In this document: in pieces, positions 24,807 through 38,017 of the stretch
Layout of the letters: every line of letters begins with the position of its first letter
How positions within the stretch are numbered: position 1 is the stretch's first letter
NCBI GenBank assembly: GCA_965645245.1
Contig: OZ287080.1
Coordinates: 682,001 to 746,000 of the forward strand
Length of the DNA stretch: 64,000 bases
Direction of reading: 5' to 3'
Source of the DNA: Massalongia carnosa
Lineage: Eukaryota
Translations under genes and position numbers: made by a program
The notes under the pieces: model-generated
What the model was told of the DNA's origin: nothing
Seen by the model: only the letters and a program-made list of their open reading frames with translations
The model's database searches: none

Positions 24807-25532
24807 GCGACGTTTACATCGTTCCATGTTCGTAGGATAGATCAATCCGGGTGGATTCCTTGCATAGACGGCGTTCATCAAATCTCCCCCGTCATGCCAG
24901 TGGCAATGGCGGTGAGAGAGGTCTGCGGGGTCAACCGAGGCAAACCCCGAGACTGGTGCAAATTCTTGGTACCTTGGGTTCCCCACACGAATCATCGGCT
25001 GACCCTCCGTCGCGCTCGAAGCAGTTTACTCTCCTGCTTCAACCGCATCGATTGAGCCCGCGTGCAGGTCTTTTACTTCCATTATACGGCTAAAGAGGAG
25101 GAAGTAGGAGGTAGTAGGAGGAAGTGGGAGGAAGTGGGAGGAAATGGGAGGAAACGCGCATGTTGATTGGTGGACCGGTTGCCTGATATGCAGAGTCGAG
25201 CAACAAAGCTCGCGCCACATGAGATCATCGTGTGTAAACTGTCTCCGGCTTTGTGTCTGGGTGTTCATGTTTACGCTTGTTTCCAGTTAACCCCCCCCTT
25301 AATGAATCATGAATCATGAATCATGTACGTAGTAGATGAACAGAGGTAACTCGGAGGCTTTGGGCTTTCCGGTAGTTATTATACTTCTTTCTCCTCCTAC
25401 GTTGCTCTCATTTTCCATCCTCTCCCCCTCCTTCCCTCTCGCGATCAGGTGAACCTTTGCATTTTATTCCCCGTTAGAATACCTCTCGATCACGAAGCTT
25501 CTACGTTTCATTCCTCAGCCAATTCAGCAACC

Positions 25533-28500
25533 ATGGAGAAGATTAAGAACTTGATGTACATTTGTACTTTCGAGCGCTGAGATGTTGTCTGCTGACCCAC
25601 CTCACACAGTAAACCTGGATCCAAGCAAGATGACGAAGTCATGTATGGCTCCGGCCTGAACACGGACCCTGTCCACGATAACACCATAGTGGGGCAGGGA
25701 AGCCATTCGGGGAGTAGCCGTGGTGTTGGCAATGATCCAACATCGACCTCGGAGCACGGGAGTGGTATTGCTGGCACAGGTCATCATAGCGCTGTCAACG
25801 AGAAGCCTTTTAGCACCCATGGCCTTGGTACCACGGAACCAAACGTACCATCCTCCACCTCCGGGACAACAGGTACGTTTGACGACGCGGCTTCGACGGC
25901 CAGCATCAAATCCGGTGTGCCAGGAAATGCTCCTTCTGGATCACTGACGGGACTTTCAGGCCCACATGACACGTTAAACACCAACAAACCGCTCCCCCAC
26001 GAGCCAACTAGCACGGGGACAAGTGGTACTTCTGGAGTTCCTACTTCAGCACACCCGACGTCTGGACACACTACATCCGGACCTCATTCCTCAGATCTAG
26101 CCAATCGTGCAGATCCGCGGGTCGACTCCGATCTTGATGGATCAAGGGGCCTTGGGGGGAATACAACGGGGTCTGGTAGCGGGCTGGCTGGCGGCAGCCT
26201 CCCAGACCGATCTCTTGGACGGTGAGTGCGTCCAGTCTCGCGGCGGTTACAGGAGCTAATTGAAACGGTAAAAGTTCTGGGTTGGGAAACGAGCCACAAA
26301 CGGCGGACTCATCGCACCTTGGGCGCGATGTTGCACTTGGGGCTGGAGCCGTTGGCGCTGGAGCTGCAGCCCATCACCATCACGATCGTGACCGGGACAA
26401 CCTGGGAACGGATTCTGGACGTACCTTTCCACTCGGTGGTCACTCAGGGGCTGCGTCAAGTTCCGAGTATCCTTCAGGTACTACGGGAGTGACTGGCAGC
26501 TCCACCGCAGGCCCCCATTCTTCCAACCTTGCCAACAAGGCTGATCCTAGAGTGGACAGTGATCTTGATGGGTCCAGGACGGCAGGAAATGTTGGGCATG
26601 GAGTAGCTCCCGGAAATTATGGTTCGAGCACCGGCCTCACCGCGGGATCTGGTCATCAAGGATCTCTCGAACGGGGTGGAGGGCTTGGCAACCTTACCGG
26701 GGCTACTGGCGTTGGAACCGGTACCGCAGGGCATGGGCCCGAGTCGTGGAAGCATGATCATGCTGCACATGGTCATGAGTTTGGAGGTGATCCTTGTGAC
26801 CATGGAGCGTCTGCTGTAGGTGGACCACATTTCACGACTGGTCCCCACGTTACGGACACTGCGAATCGGCTTGATCCTCACGTAGCTAGCGGCATTAGCG
26901 AGCCAAGCACGACAACGCACGACGGGTCAGGATCGGGGCTTGGATCTACCATTCACCCAGGTAACCATCATGGGCGAGACGCTGCTTTAGCTGCCGGTGT
27001 GGGTGCTGCCGGTGCCGGGGCATATGAATCGAGCCGCGATCCCTCAGGCACAAACCCCGAATCATCATCCACTACCACAGGCCCTCATAAGTCGGGTTTG
27101 CTAAACAAACTGGATCCTCGTGTGCATGCTGATCCCTCAACGCAACAAAGCTCCACGGGCACCACCGGACCCACCGAAACATCCACCACCGGCACCTCGG
27201 ATTTCCCGTCTTCGTCGACCGCAGGAAAAGAACATCATCATGGTCGGGATGCAGGGCTTGCGGGTGCTGGTGGTGTTGCAGGATACGAAGCTGAGAAACA
27301 TCTACATCACGATCGGCCTGCTGGCACAACATCCACGGGAATCCCTGAGCCGTACAGCAAATCTGCCATAGATCCTCGGGTGGATTCCACCCCAAGCTCA
27401 GGTTTGACCGGCTCCACTCATCCCACGGCTTTGGGTAAAGACCATCACCCTGGCCATGACGCAGGACTTCTAGGGTCAACTGGGGCCCCCTCGTACGATC
27501 ACAATCGTGGCCCTGTTGGCAACGAGGGAGACCTGCAACCTGGGTCCGCCCATCATCACGGACGCGATGCAGGTCTTGCGGGGTTGGGGGCTGGAGGCGT
27601 TGCAGCATACGAAGCTGACAAACACCATGGTCATAAGGGGCCCACCGACCCAATCGGATCGTCAACGCACCCGTCCTCTGGCTATGATGCTCGTGATCGA
27701 ACCGCAGTGCCTCATACCGGGCGAGATGCTGCTCTCGTAGGAGGTGCCGGTGCCGGTGTAGGTGCTGCAGCAGAAGCCGAGTTCTCAAAGAAGGAAGCTG
27801 AGAAATTAGCGAAGTTGCGTGAGAAGGACATCGGGAAAGAACAGAAGGTTATCCATAAAGACCAGATCAAACATGAAAAAGCCCTTGAAAAGGAGGAAAA
27901 GAAACACGAAAAAGCTGTGGAGAAGGACGAGAAAAAACATGAGAAAGCTCTCGAGAAGGAAGAAAAGAAACACGAGGATGGGAAGAAGCATGGGGGCATC
28001 TTAGGCCTGTTCCACAAGGACAAACATGACAAGGAACTTAAAGAGGAAGAACGTGAGCGCCGAGGTACTTCTTCCCATCATGGTGCCGAGACTGCGGCTG
28101 GCGTGGGTGCTGCCGGTGCTGTGGGCGCGGGAGTTGCGGAGCACGAGAAGCACGACCGAAATAGATTGCACAAGGACCCCCCGGCGGGCTATGGGCAGCA
28201 TGCTGGCTACGGCGACGCACCTTCGCATGGGTACGCATCTGAAGTTACCGGCGGCACTGGCACGACTGCGTTGGCTCAGGGTCAATACCTTCCCGGTGGC
28301 TCTCATCTGACTCAGACCGGGAACAAAGTAGATCCAAAGTAAGTCAAACGGCTGTCTTCCTCAACGTTGGTGAGTTGGGTGTGGCTGATGTAAACCTCGA
28401 ATATAGCATTCCTGCGCCAGGAAGCTCCCTTGAAGGCGATAGGGCTATCGAGCCGCACACGCAACTTCCCATTGATTTGACCAAAGGCACTGGGGCAGGT

Positions 28501-28800
28501 GGTACGGATGCGAATCCGATTCCCGGGTACCATCAGCACGGTGCTGCCGGAGCTACCAACCCAACAATTAGCGGATATGACAATTCAACTGGCGCAACAA
28601 CTGGTGGATATGGTAACACGGGTGGTATAACAGGGACGACAGGCACAAGCCATCATGCTAGCGGCCATACCGGCACAACAACCAGCGGATACGACAATTC
28701 CGCTGGCGCAACAACTGGAGGATATGGCAATACGGGTGGTGTATCAGGGACAACAGATACGAGCCATCACGGTAGCGGCCACACCGGCACTGGGCTGTAG
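25533..28800 (+). CDS. Large dehydrin-like (DPR-repeat) hydrophilin, ~1030 aa; exons 25533-25555, 25610-26221, 26275-28338, 28407-28800
   Basis: Repeats GPHSSDLANRADPRVDSDLDGS, GPHSSNLANKADPRVDSDLDGS, GPHVTDTANRLDPHV and GPHKSGLLNKLDPRV; HHGRDAxxxG repeats; KHEKALEKEEK charged repeats. The four exons sum to 3093 nt in frame. Confidence 0.85.
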
Positions 28801-30993
28801 TTATATCGGGGGAAAGGATGCTCAAGCTGAAGTGAATGGATGATGGCAACGTGAACGCGCTGAGCTTTTGCTACGATTTTGATATCCATGCATGCGAGCA
28901 TTGATTTTAGCGATTATGTTTGGCAAGAGCGACCAGTTTGATAGCTAATTTGAACGTCACGGTAGAGCTTGACGTGTAGATAGCAAGCGATGGACCTAAA
29001 CGTTTGTTAATATGCTTTCCACCGCGGCCTTCTCTCTTTCCCTCCAATCCATCCGTTCGTCCTATGCATGCAACAGCTCTAGCAAGAAAATACAATGCTT
29101 AATTCTTTTCTTGATTCCCCATCCATCTATTTGCTACCTTTCCCTCTCTCCTTTCTCCCCTTTCCGCTCGTCCCTGTTTCTTCCCTCCTTCCTCCCTCCT
29201 TCCTCTTATTTTCCTTCTTCCCCCTTCCCCTTCTCTCTCCTTCAATGAACAAACGCAAGCAAGAAGAAAATAAGAAGGAAAACACACACACAAATATTAA
29301 AGAGGAGCGAGAGAGGGGGAGGCCAGGGGGGGGGGTTCGCGTTTCCAATCTCTGGTTTCTTTTTGGTTTTATTTTGCGGAATATATACTTTCATGTTTCA
29401 AGGAAATGGGAAAAGGGGCAGGAACGAAATACTCAAACGAGTCCCACTCCAAGTGTTCCGGCATCTGGTTATTTTTTTCGGTAGATTATTCTTCTTCTTC
29501 TCCTCCTATTTATCAACTCATTCAATCCACCAAACCCGGACCGGACATCTGTCTAATTTTTGGCCAGGGAGTGAGTGCAGCAGTATTTATGTTGTTTTTG
29601 TTATCATTTTCGGTGAGAACTAGAATGTGGATTTGGATTTGGATCTTGAACGTTAAGAAGAATGCGTGATTAGGGTTTGTCTACATTACGAGGAGTTGAT
29701 GGAGTGAATGCTAGCCCCCCCCGGCTAAAAGGAAGCAAGAGAAAGAAATAGTTGAGTACAGCTTTGGCGGGAGGAGTGGGATTGGGGAGGTATTCCCGTT
29801 GATAGAATTGATTGATGAGACGGGTTTCAGCAAATGGAAGGTTTTTGTTGAAGGCTTGAATGAAAGCTGATGAGTATAATTGATGAGAAGGTTTAAGGAG
29901 AAGCCTCATTATCTGAGGACAGCATTAGGCGAACTTGACGAGCTACGAATTGAAGCGGATGAACAAGAAATGTCGACTGCAGATAAGCGATAGGTCACGC
30001 TCAATCGAGAGTTTTACGAAAGCAGAAACTAGAGGGATAGGTTGTCCTCTCAATGGTTTGGGGTTGGAGAGTCGTCAGAGCAAAGCACTTGCGTTTGCTT
30101 GACCGTTTCTTTTTCTTCATGAATAGTCTTCGTGGTCCACCTACCGCTTCAAGTACAATATACATACAAGCAACCAAAACCACAAAGCGCCACATGTCAT
30201 CATGTCGCCGGAGGTGTGCGTCGATCAGTTCTAGGATGAAAGTTTAATCCGTTCAGTCAGTTCCAGCGGTTGCACTCGTTCGTCGATCAAGAAGGACATG
30301 CACGGTCGGAGGAGATACTCTATCGTGGAGATGCATAATCGAGAAAATCCACAATGCACGTAACCCATCCGAAAATCCGAAAAGAGGCTCGATCACCTGA
30401 TTATCGACGAAGCACGCCAGACTTGAAGAGATGGCGATTACAAGGAGCGTGGTACTCCGTTAACTCTGTTCGATACTCGATACTCGGTATATTTTACCGA
30501 GTTAAAGAATAATACAGTGACACCGATGGCATTTTGCCCCTTTGCCCCTTTGCCCCTTTTACCCCATGTCTCTTTTCATGAACGCCGAAGATAGATAGAG
30601 ATGGCTAGGTTGCTCAAGTTTTCCAGACTAGGGAGTTGGGAAAAGCACTCGCTAAGCCAATGGGACGAGACACATGGACCATGCACTTCCTCTTTGGGTT
30701 AAAGATCTTTACCGAGTCCATCCAAGTCCCCACCCCCTTTTCACGCCGTCACACTAACGAGGGTTTTCCAGGGTTAGTGTGATAAGTACTTGAGTAAAAT
30801 ATCGGCGATCAAGGGGTTCGGCGCGATGAGCTGTCTTATTAGCACTAGTGGGTTAGGGGAGAGGGTAAGAAAAGAAGGCTGAGTGCGTGCCGTTGCTCAA
30901 ATGGTTCCAAACCAATGAGATGAAAGCTACTCTAAACTGATTACGGAGTACAGGGTCCCAAAATGCCAAAATTATAGGTCATTGTACAGAGTA

Positions 30994-31096
30994 CTCTGTA
31001 CTTTACTTCGTATCCTCTGTACTTTACTTCGTATCCTCTGTACTTTACTTCGTATCCTCTGTACTCTACTTCGTATCCTCTGTGCTCTGCACTTCG
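30994..31096. repeat. 21-bp minisatellite CTCTGTACTTTACTTCGTATC, ~4.8 copies
   Basis: Units at 30994, 31015, 31036, 31057 and a degenerate unit at 31078. Confidence 0.92.
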
Positions 31097-31737
31097 GTAA
31101 TTAGTGAACAACAGGCGAAGACAAGATGAAGTGAGATATAGAGCACACGAGGTTAGGGTAAATAAAAGATGCTCATGTAAAACCGTAAACTGTAAACTGT
31201 AAAACTGAACAGCCGAGCACTCTCGGGGATCGTCGTCTGGTTGTTTTTTAGCCGGGCCATGTCCACCGTTGCCTGAAGTGTCCAAGTATGTGCAAGCTCA
31301 GCTTGTTTCTAAATCCGCAAAAGTAGGCAAGCATCGGTACCGAGTTCTTACTGTACTCGATCGGTACACTGTACCGATACGGTAATGCAAGATGTCGCTA
31401 GAACACTTTTGATAAGAACAATGGTATGTTTCTGCATTTGCATGTATGCCCCATCCTCTTCTTTCCTCCACTCACCGTCTCACGCTCTCACACAGTCCCT
31501 ACCTACGAGTACCTTGCCTTCTCGTTCAGTCTTTCCAGCCACCAACAACCAACAACCAACTCATACACTCAAACACCACATCTCGCTTCGGACGGCCTCC
31601 TGTCTTGCCACAAGACCTGTCATTCTGTCTACAAGTAATGCTTTTCTGAGATCTGAACTCGCTGTCGTGTGTGCAAAACACCCCCGTTTTCGGTCGTTCG
31701 CGGCGTTGTCTCTGCCAAACCCGGACCCTGTCAAACT

Positions 31738-33030
31738 ATGCTACAATCCTTAGGTCCTCAGCCCAAGATGCGTTCGTGGAATCCTCTACCTCTCAGCCTG
31801 CAGAATCATACCAAGGCGCTGGCCGTCTGTTCTATGCTTTTCATCCTCCTGGTCTTTTGGAAAGACATCATCCGCGATGCCTTGCCGACCGTATCCACGG
31901 AGAATCTCTCCATCGAGAAGCTGTACAAAAAACCAAAGCAATTGGATGCAATCGCCAACAGCACGTTGGGGGTATGTTCGATTTCGCTCGGGGGCCGTCG
32001 CAATGCTTGCTAATTGATGCGAATCTTTAGTTCCAGCAGATATTCGCCCTCTCCTTGCCTGATCGCAAAGACAGAAGAGTTCCGCTGTTGAACGCCGCAG
32101 ATGCAACGAACATGACCATCACTATCCTAGACGCAGTGAGGGATGAGCAGATCCCCAAAGAGAAAATACCAAAGGTACGTATATCAATCTTTCGACTAAA
32201 TCATCCGCTAACCTAGTCAGAAATGGGGAGTTGATGACCATAAGCCAAAATATGGAGAAATAGGCTGTTTAAGATCGCACGTAATGACATGGGAGAAGTA
32301 AGTTACACCTTGGCTCTAGGTGTGCATTCCTGACCGTTCTAGAATGATCGAAGAAAACATCACAACGGCTTTGATTATGGAAAGCGATGCGGATTGGGAC
32401 TTGCGAATCCATGACATTCTACCTGGAGTGGCAACGGGCGCAAAGCAGATTGCCGACTACCCATTCGCTGCCACCGATCACCCGAGAGATTTATCCATCG
32501 ATGCAAGCCCGTATGGAGACAACTGGGACATTCTGTGGATCGGACACTGCGGGAGTCATCCTGGGGGAAGCGGCCGCGTTTATCATTTCAACGACACCAC
32601 GGTGCCTGACGAGGAGCATGAAAACACGTTTGTAGGAAGACCCCGTCGAAAGCTCTATCCCGAGGGGTCTCGCCTGGTGTTCGAGTTCCACATTACGATT
32701 TGCACCACGGCGTACGCCATCTCACACAAAGGGGCGGTCAAGATGCTCAAGTACCTCGAGGAGTCCAACTTGAATATTGACGTCCGCATGCAAGCGCTCT
32801 GCGAAATGGACCCAGCGCTGACGTGCCTCGCTACATGGCCTCAAGTGATGAGCGCAGCTCCCTCCGAATCCAATATCAAACATCCAGACGGCGAGAAGGC
32901 GCCAGGAAGCGATACGGATTCGCTCGACGACGGGGCCAGCGCTGGTCCTGCGATCGAGATCTCGGCCCGACGTAACGCCAAACTCGTTCTCGAAGGTCAG
33001 GGTCGCGATAAGTGGATCAAGGAGTGGTGA
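31738..33030 (+). CDS. Glycosyltransferase family 25-like (type II membrane) protein, three introns
   Basis: N-terminal transmembrane segment; ANSTLG|FQQIFALSLPDRKDRR, GEIGCLRSH, ALIMESDADWD, YGDNWDILWIGHCG and ICTTAYAIS. Confidence 0.87.
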
Positions 33031-36000
33031 TGTTTGTCAACAGCTCTTGTTGTCTTTGGCTTATATTGGGAGCGCCGGACCACCCCGTTTCACCAGGGTG
33101 ATCCGAAGGTCGGCGGCCTTAGATTCTCACCAGCTCTTTTAGCGATTCAAATGTCGCGGAGTGGCGTAGATGAATTGGTCATCGGTATCTTTGTTCATCC
33201 ACACATTTTGCTTTCTTTTTTTCAGCATGTATTTAGCCACCACGGGAGACCTTCAAGAAACATGTCCAGTCTGGAGAAGTTCATCGACTGACCATGTCGA
33301 GAGGGGGCGAACCCGGAGCGAATAATGAAAATGATAAAAGGTTCTCGAACTCATACATAGGCATTTGTCCAAGAAACGGATTGTTTAATTATATTATTCG
33401 AGAGAGAGAAAGAGAGAGAGAAAAAAAGGAAACAGACAGGAGGGATTATTTCTCCGACAACAACCTACCCACCTACCTACCTACGCTACCTACACCACCT
33501 ACTTATCCCACTTCCTAAAATCCTATTCCCAAACCAAACCAAACCAAGTCAAGCGCCGTGGGGGTTGTCTGTCTGTCTGTCTGTTTGCTTTGTTCGGCAA
33601 CCTCAAAAAAAAAGGGCGATCACATATATAGTTACCTAGTGAGGTAGGTAGGTTGGCAGGTTGGCAGGTAAGGTAGATAGAGATTGTACTTACTCTCTTT
33701 CTCAGACGTTTTTTCTCCCCCTACCCACCTACCTATCTACCAGGTATCTATCTAGTTAGTTAAAAAACCCCCTACATTTCACATTTCACATTCCACATCC
33801 CCTTCCCTCCCATATAATCCCACATTCCACATTCTATATTCCATCACCATCCGTCCCACACATTCCTAGGACCAGGGAACGAGAATCACCCGAGGATGAT
33901 GATTATTCTGTTTTGTTAGGGTAAGTAATGGCTGGCTGGCTGGCTGACTGAACCGGGAGCGGGTCGACAGGGCGTTATTTGTTGGCTGCGACATACCCAG
34001 GTTTCAGCTATCCTGTCAGGTAAGGCTGCCAATATGTGCAGAGAGGGAACGTATGTGTATGTATGTATTGGGGAAAGGGGGGGGGGGGAGAAACGGGATC
34101 AGGATCCAGAAGTCGAGAGGAAAGGTATGGGGTTATTTGGTTGGTTAAGTAGGCGATTAGGCAGTCAAACAAGTCGGTTGATGAAACAGTGGTAAATTGA
34201 ATCTGCTTTTCCTGGGGTTTGTAGGAGCGCTAGCGAGAGTAAGAGTAAGAGAAGTAAAAAGACTTTATCCCCTCTAGAACCTGGGGACAGGATGTGTGTG
34301 TGTGTGTGCTGTAAAGTAGGAAGAAAGTAGTTAAAGCACACCTATGTACATTACTTATGTAGAATTAGAAATGAAGACTCGATTAACTTCGTCCCAACTA
34401 AAAATAAATAAAGAAACCGGAAAAGCAGAAGACGATTTGAGGATATGTTACTTATGTCCTGTGCCCTATATATCTACCTACTACATCCCTCCCTCCCTCG
34501 CTGGCATGACCGGTCCCCTTTTCTCGTGTTACGTTTACTTTCTTGGGAGTTTATTAAAGGATAAAACATGATCTTGACTGACACTCTTGCTGTAGTCATA
34601 GTGATAGCTAAATATGGAGCACCTTAAGCGTGAGGAAGTCAGGGTTGCCAGCCTTTGCAGGTCATTAGGAAACTTTGCCGGAGTTCAGCAACTCTGTTCT
34701 GCCTATTACCCACCGTCAAGACGTGCCCATATAATAAACCTTAGCATGTTTCAATGGAGTCGTTGCCAAAGGTGCCAAAGTACTCTAGGCGTGCGTAAGC
34801 ACCTGATAGATAAAACTCCTAGAATCCCTTAACCCATTGGTCGGCCAGAATGTAATAGGTGGCTTTTTACCATCGACGGAGTTTTAAGGCTTGTACCTTG
34901 ATGCCATAAGCTGTAGGCATAAGGCTAACTCGCGGCGGATACATTGATATCGGATGCTTGCCTACATCAAGCCCAAAGGTGGATGAAGGTTTGCTCTTGA
35001 GGTGAAGTTTTGGGAGAAACCTAGCTGGGCCAAGGTATATTCTTCTCCGTACGGGAAACCGAATATAGCCCTTCTGCTGAGGTGCTCCATTTTTAAAGCC
35101 ATGATGGTGAGCTCATAGTCCAATGAGGAAATGAGTTCGTCAAAAGTACCCTGAAGCTGACACTAGGAGTATTCACACAGACTTCAGCATGGATATAATT
35201 ATGCGAAAGACAAATGACAAAGCACTTGTGACGATAGAAGCCATGGGTACGGTCTTGACAAGAAGCATCTTACCATTACCGTAAAGTCGGGGCCCTTAAA
35301 CTGGATGAGCAAAAAGAAAGCGAACAAAGACACGAAGGCTCTGAGAGAGTTGGAGAAAAGGCATTTCGTTATATCATGAACGGCAAACCCCAGCGAGGAC
35401 AGAGTACAAATTTCTATTCTTGAGGAGATGGGCCTTAACACGGAGTGAACGTAATGGGAAACCGGTCATGGGAGCAAATTTGCTTTTTTCCTTGCGGCTA
35501 GTAAATTTAGGCTAATCTGAAAGACACATCCCTTGATAGTCTAGAGTTGATGCGACGGTGAGATTCTTGACCAGCGTGGTTCACAAGATGCTTGATCTTG
35601 TGGTCGCAGGAAGAGTGTCGTGACACTTATTAGAAACTGCATATATGAATATTCAGGCTACCAGGTAGCTGCGGGCAGGGAGAGGGAGCAGGAGAATCTC
35701 CTAACATTCCGGGTGACATAACAGCATCTGCCCTAGAATCAGGATGGAGCTGTATTTTTGCTGTTTCTCACATCGCGGGCAATTTTGAGACTAATGTAAC
35801 TGCATGTGGCAAAACCCGCAAAGGTTGATATTTCATGGTTTTAAAAACTCTATGAGCCGAACTCGTCCGGCTGAATGTGCATAGGCAGACGGATGCAAGG
35901 CTAGAGAAAATGTGCTTGCTAGCTTGCTGCAAGCTCCCGCCTTTGGGCCTCGAGCGAGCTGTACTCTGCCAGGTGGCACGGGGCAGCGGCAGTGCTTGCT

Positions 36001-36649
36001 TCGTTTCTTTTGCTCAGTTTACTTAACCGAGTAGCGTGTTCCTAGGCGTGTGCGAAGCTGAGAAACTTCTCGATGCAGTAGCGCAGTGTTATGAGGAGCT
36101 ACAATTTTATAAATGTAGCGAAGATGGGCTGCGTAGAAAACCAATGGACCGTGAGCAGAGGTTGATGACTTGGGGCTAGAAGCTCAGCCGTGGTCACCAA
36201 AATCGCTGCGGTAATTATCGCGTGACTTATCGGCTAGATTAGATCCCTATGTAGCAGCTCTATCCAACATGAACAACCTCCGGCAGAAGCTAATATAAGA
36301 ACTGGGGATTCTATTATGACCTAGCCAAGCAACAGCTTGCCCAGTTTACTCCTTACTCTGAAAGAAGAAGAATCTGAACAGAAAGAAGAAAGCTGATGGA
36401 CTTGAATGGCATAATATCCAAATGGCAAACTTAGAAATTAGAAGAAACCGTGTTAGCTGCTCAAACAAGCCGAAACCTACGCCTTCCTAAATAAACCCAA
36501 AATTCCTTTGAATGTGCTGATTTGGGTTGCCACATAAACTCGGCGCTGCTCTTCTAATCTATAACGTCTTATGTATACCCTTAGCTATCTGGCTCTTTCC
36601 CTGCGAGCGCTGGATATTGTTGCGATGCTATTGGGATTGACCAGTGCTT

Positions 36650-37227
36650 TTAGGCCGTATTCTTAGAATATGCCCAATAGCATCCGTGGGCTTTTCCGAA
36701 CTAATCACATAACGCGTTAGCTAGAATTTCCAAGAGAAACCCCTTCCTCATCATCTCTCATAGAAAAAAGTGTTTGAAATGATCTCACCACAACGATAAT
36801 GCAGCAATAGACATTTTCGGGATGATCACACCTGAAATTGCGTCGGTCCCCTATGATATGCACAGTCAATCATATATGACTAACAAGTTGAAGTACAAGG
36901 TTGCATACATGCATGGCAATTGGTCATTTTCCAATCCTCAACGTCTATACAACAAACAGGTGTGATGAGAAGCGCGCAATTGGGTTCGGGAAAGTTTGTG
37001 ACGCCCTGTTGAGGGTTTATTGCAACAACGCTGTCCAGAATGGCACCGTTTGTATCGGAAATACTTGGGTATAAAATTAAGCTGTTGAGAGTGGGCCCAT
37101 CTGGGCCAATATTTGTGGAGAAATTATCGTCAAAATTAAACTCATCATTGGGAAGAGCTTTGGTAAGTGTTGCTCCAAGGAATGTAACAAATACAAGAAG
37201 ATGGCGCACGATAGAAAAGGAGTGCAT
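36650..37227 (-). CDS. Small secreted 8-cysteine hydrophobin-like protein, 143 aa; exons 37227-36909, 36850-36789, 36700-36650
   Basis: Signal peptide MHSFSIVRHLLVFVTFLGATLTKA. The spliced C-terminus CALLITPVCCIDVEDWKMTNCHAWDRRNFRCDHPENVYCCIIVVFGKAHGCYWAYSKNTA gives C-x7-CC-x10-C-x9-C-x7-CC-x10-C. Confidence 0.72.
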
Positions 37228-37814
37228 TCCTAGACCAACACAGATATATATTCTCTCAAGAAAGACTGGCACCAAATGTAGTTGGTGCTTTAACTTTTCG
37301 TTCGGTGTCAAGTTTGAGACATATCTGCTTTCTCTTTGCGACTCAACATCCTCCTTAGGCACTCGTAGATTTTGGCAAGATATAAGAGAACAATCCTGGG
37401 CAACGAAACCGGTCAGCTTAATGAGCATCGCCGAAGCCCCCAGTTATTTATTTTACCGCCCGCCGGCAGAACCTGCAGGTCGTCATTGTTCTCCGGGGGT
37501 TTCACATCAACGAACATAAGGTTCTTAAGATCCAATTAGCACCTATCAAAGCACTAAAACCTGTGATTGTGTAGACAGGCGGATACATGCCGACAGGGAA
37601 AGTCCCGAGGCACCGTGTTCCAACAGATTGATGCATCGATGTAATTGATCCAGTAACTCACAATAGTCATTAAAAGAACATCATGTGATAAGATGCACGG
37701 GATGGGAATAACGGATGTAACGGATACGACGGCCCGACGGGCTGTGACGTCGTGGCTCGTGGCTGTGGCAGAATATCGAATGTGCGGGAAACTAGCAAGG
37801 CCTAAACCAGCAGC

Positions 37815-37827
37815 TTCGAGAACTTTC
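37815..37827. promoter_or_regulatory. Perfect three-unit heat-shock element upstream of HSP104
   Basis: TTC-ga-GAA-ct-TTC about 190 bp upstream of the ATG at 38018. Confidence 0.75.
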
Positions 37828-38017
37828 ATTGGCTTTCCACTTACTAGGGGACTTACTTATCATTCTACCTACTCCGTGATCCTACCAACTATAATATCAC
37901 TTCCTCGAAGCCCTCCCAAAAATACCGTACTCGACACTCGACATTCGATACGACCAACGTTTTCATTCTCTGTTGTTCACGCCTGCGTACACTCATCCTT
38001 CGTCTGAAGTTGTCATC

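Noticed and set aside
28900..30300. ORFs in purine/pyrimidine-skewed intergenic DNA
   Set aside because: Low complexity with no protein-like signature.
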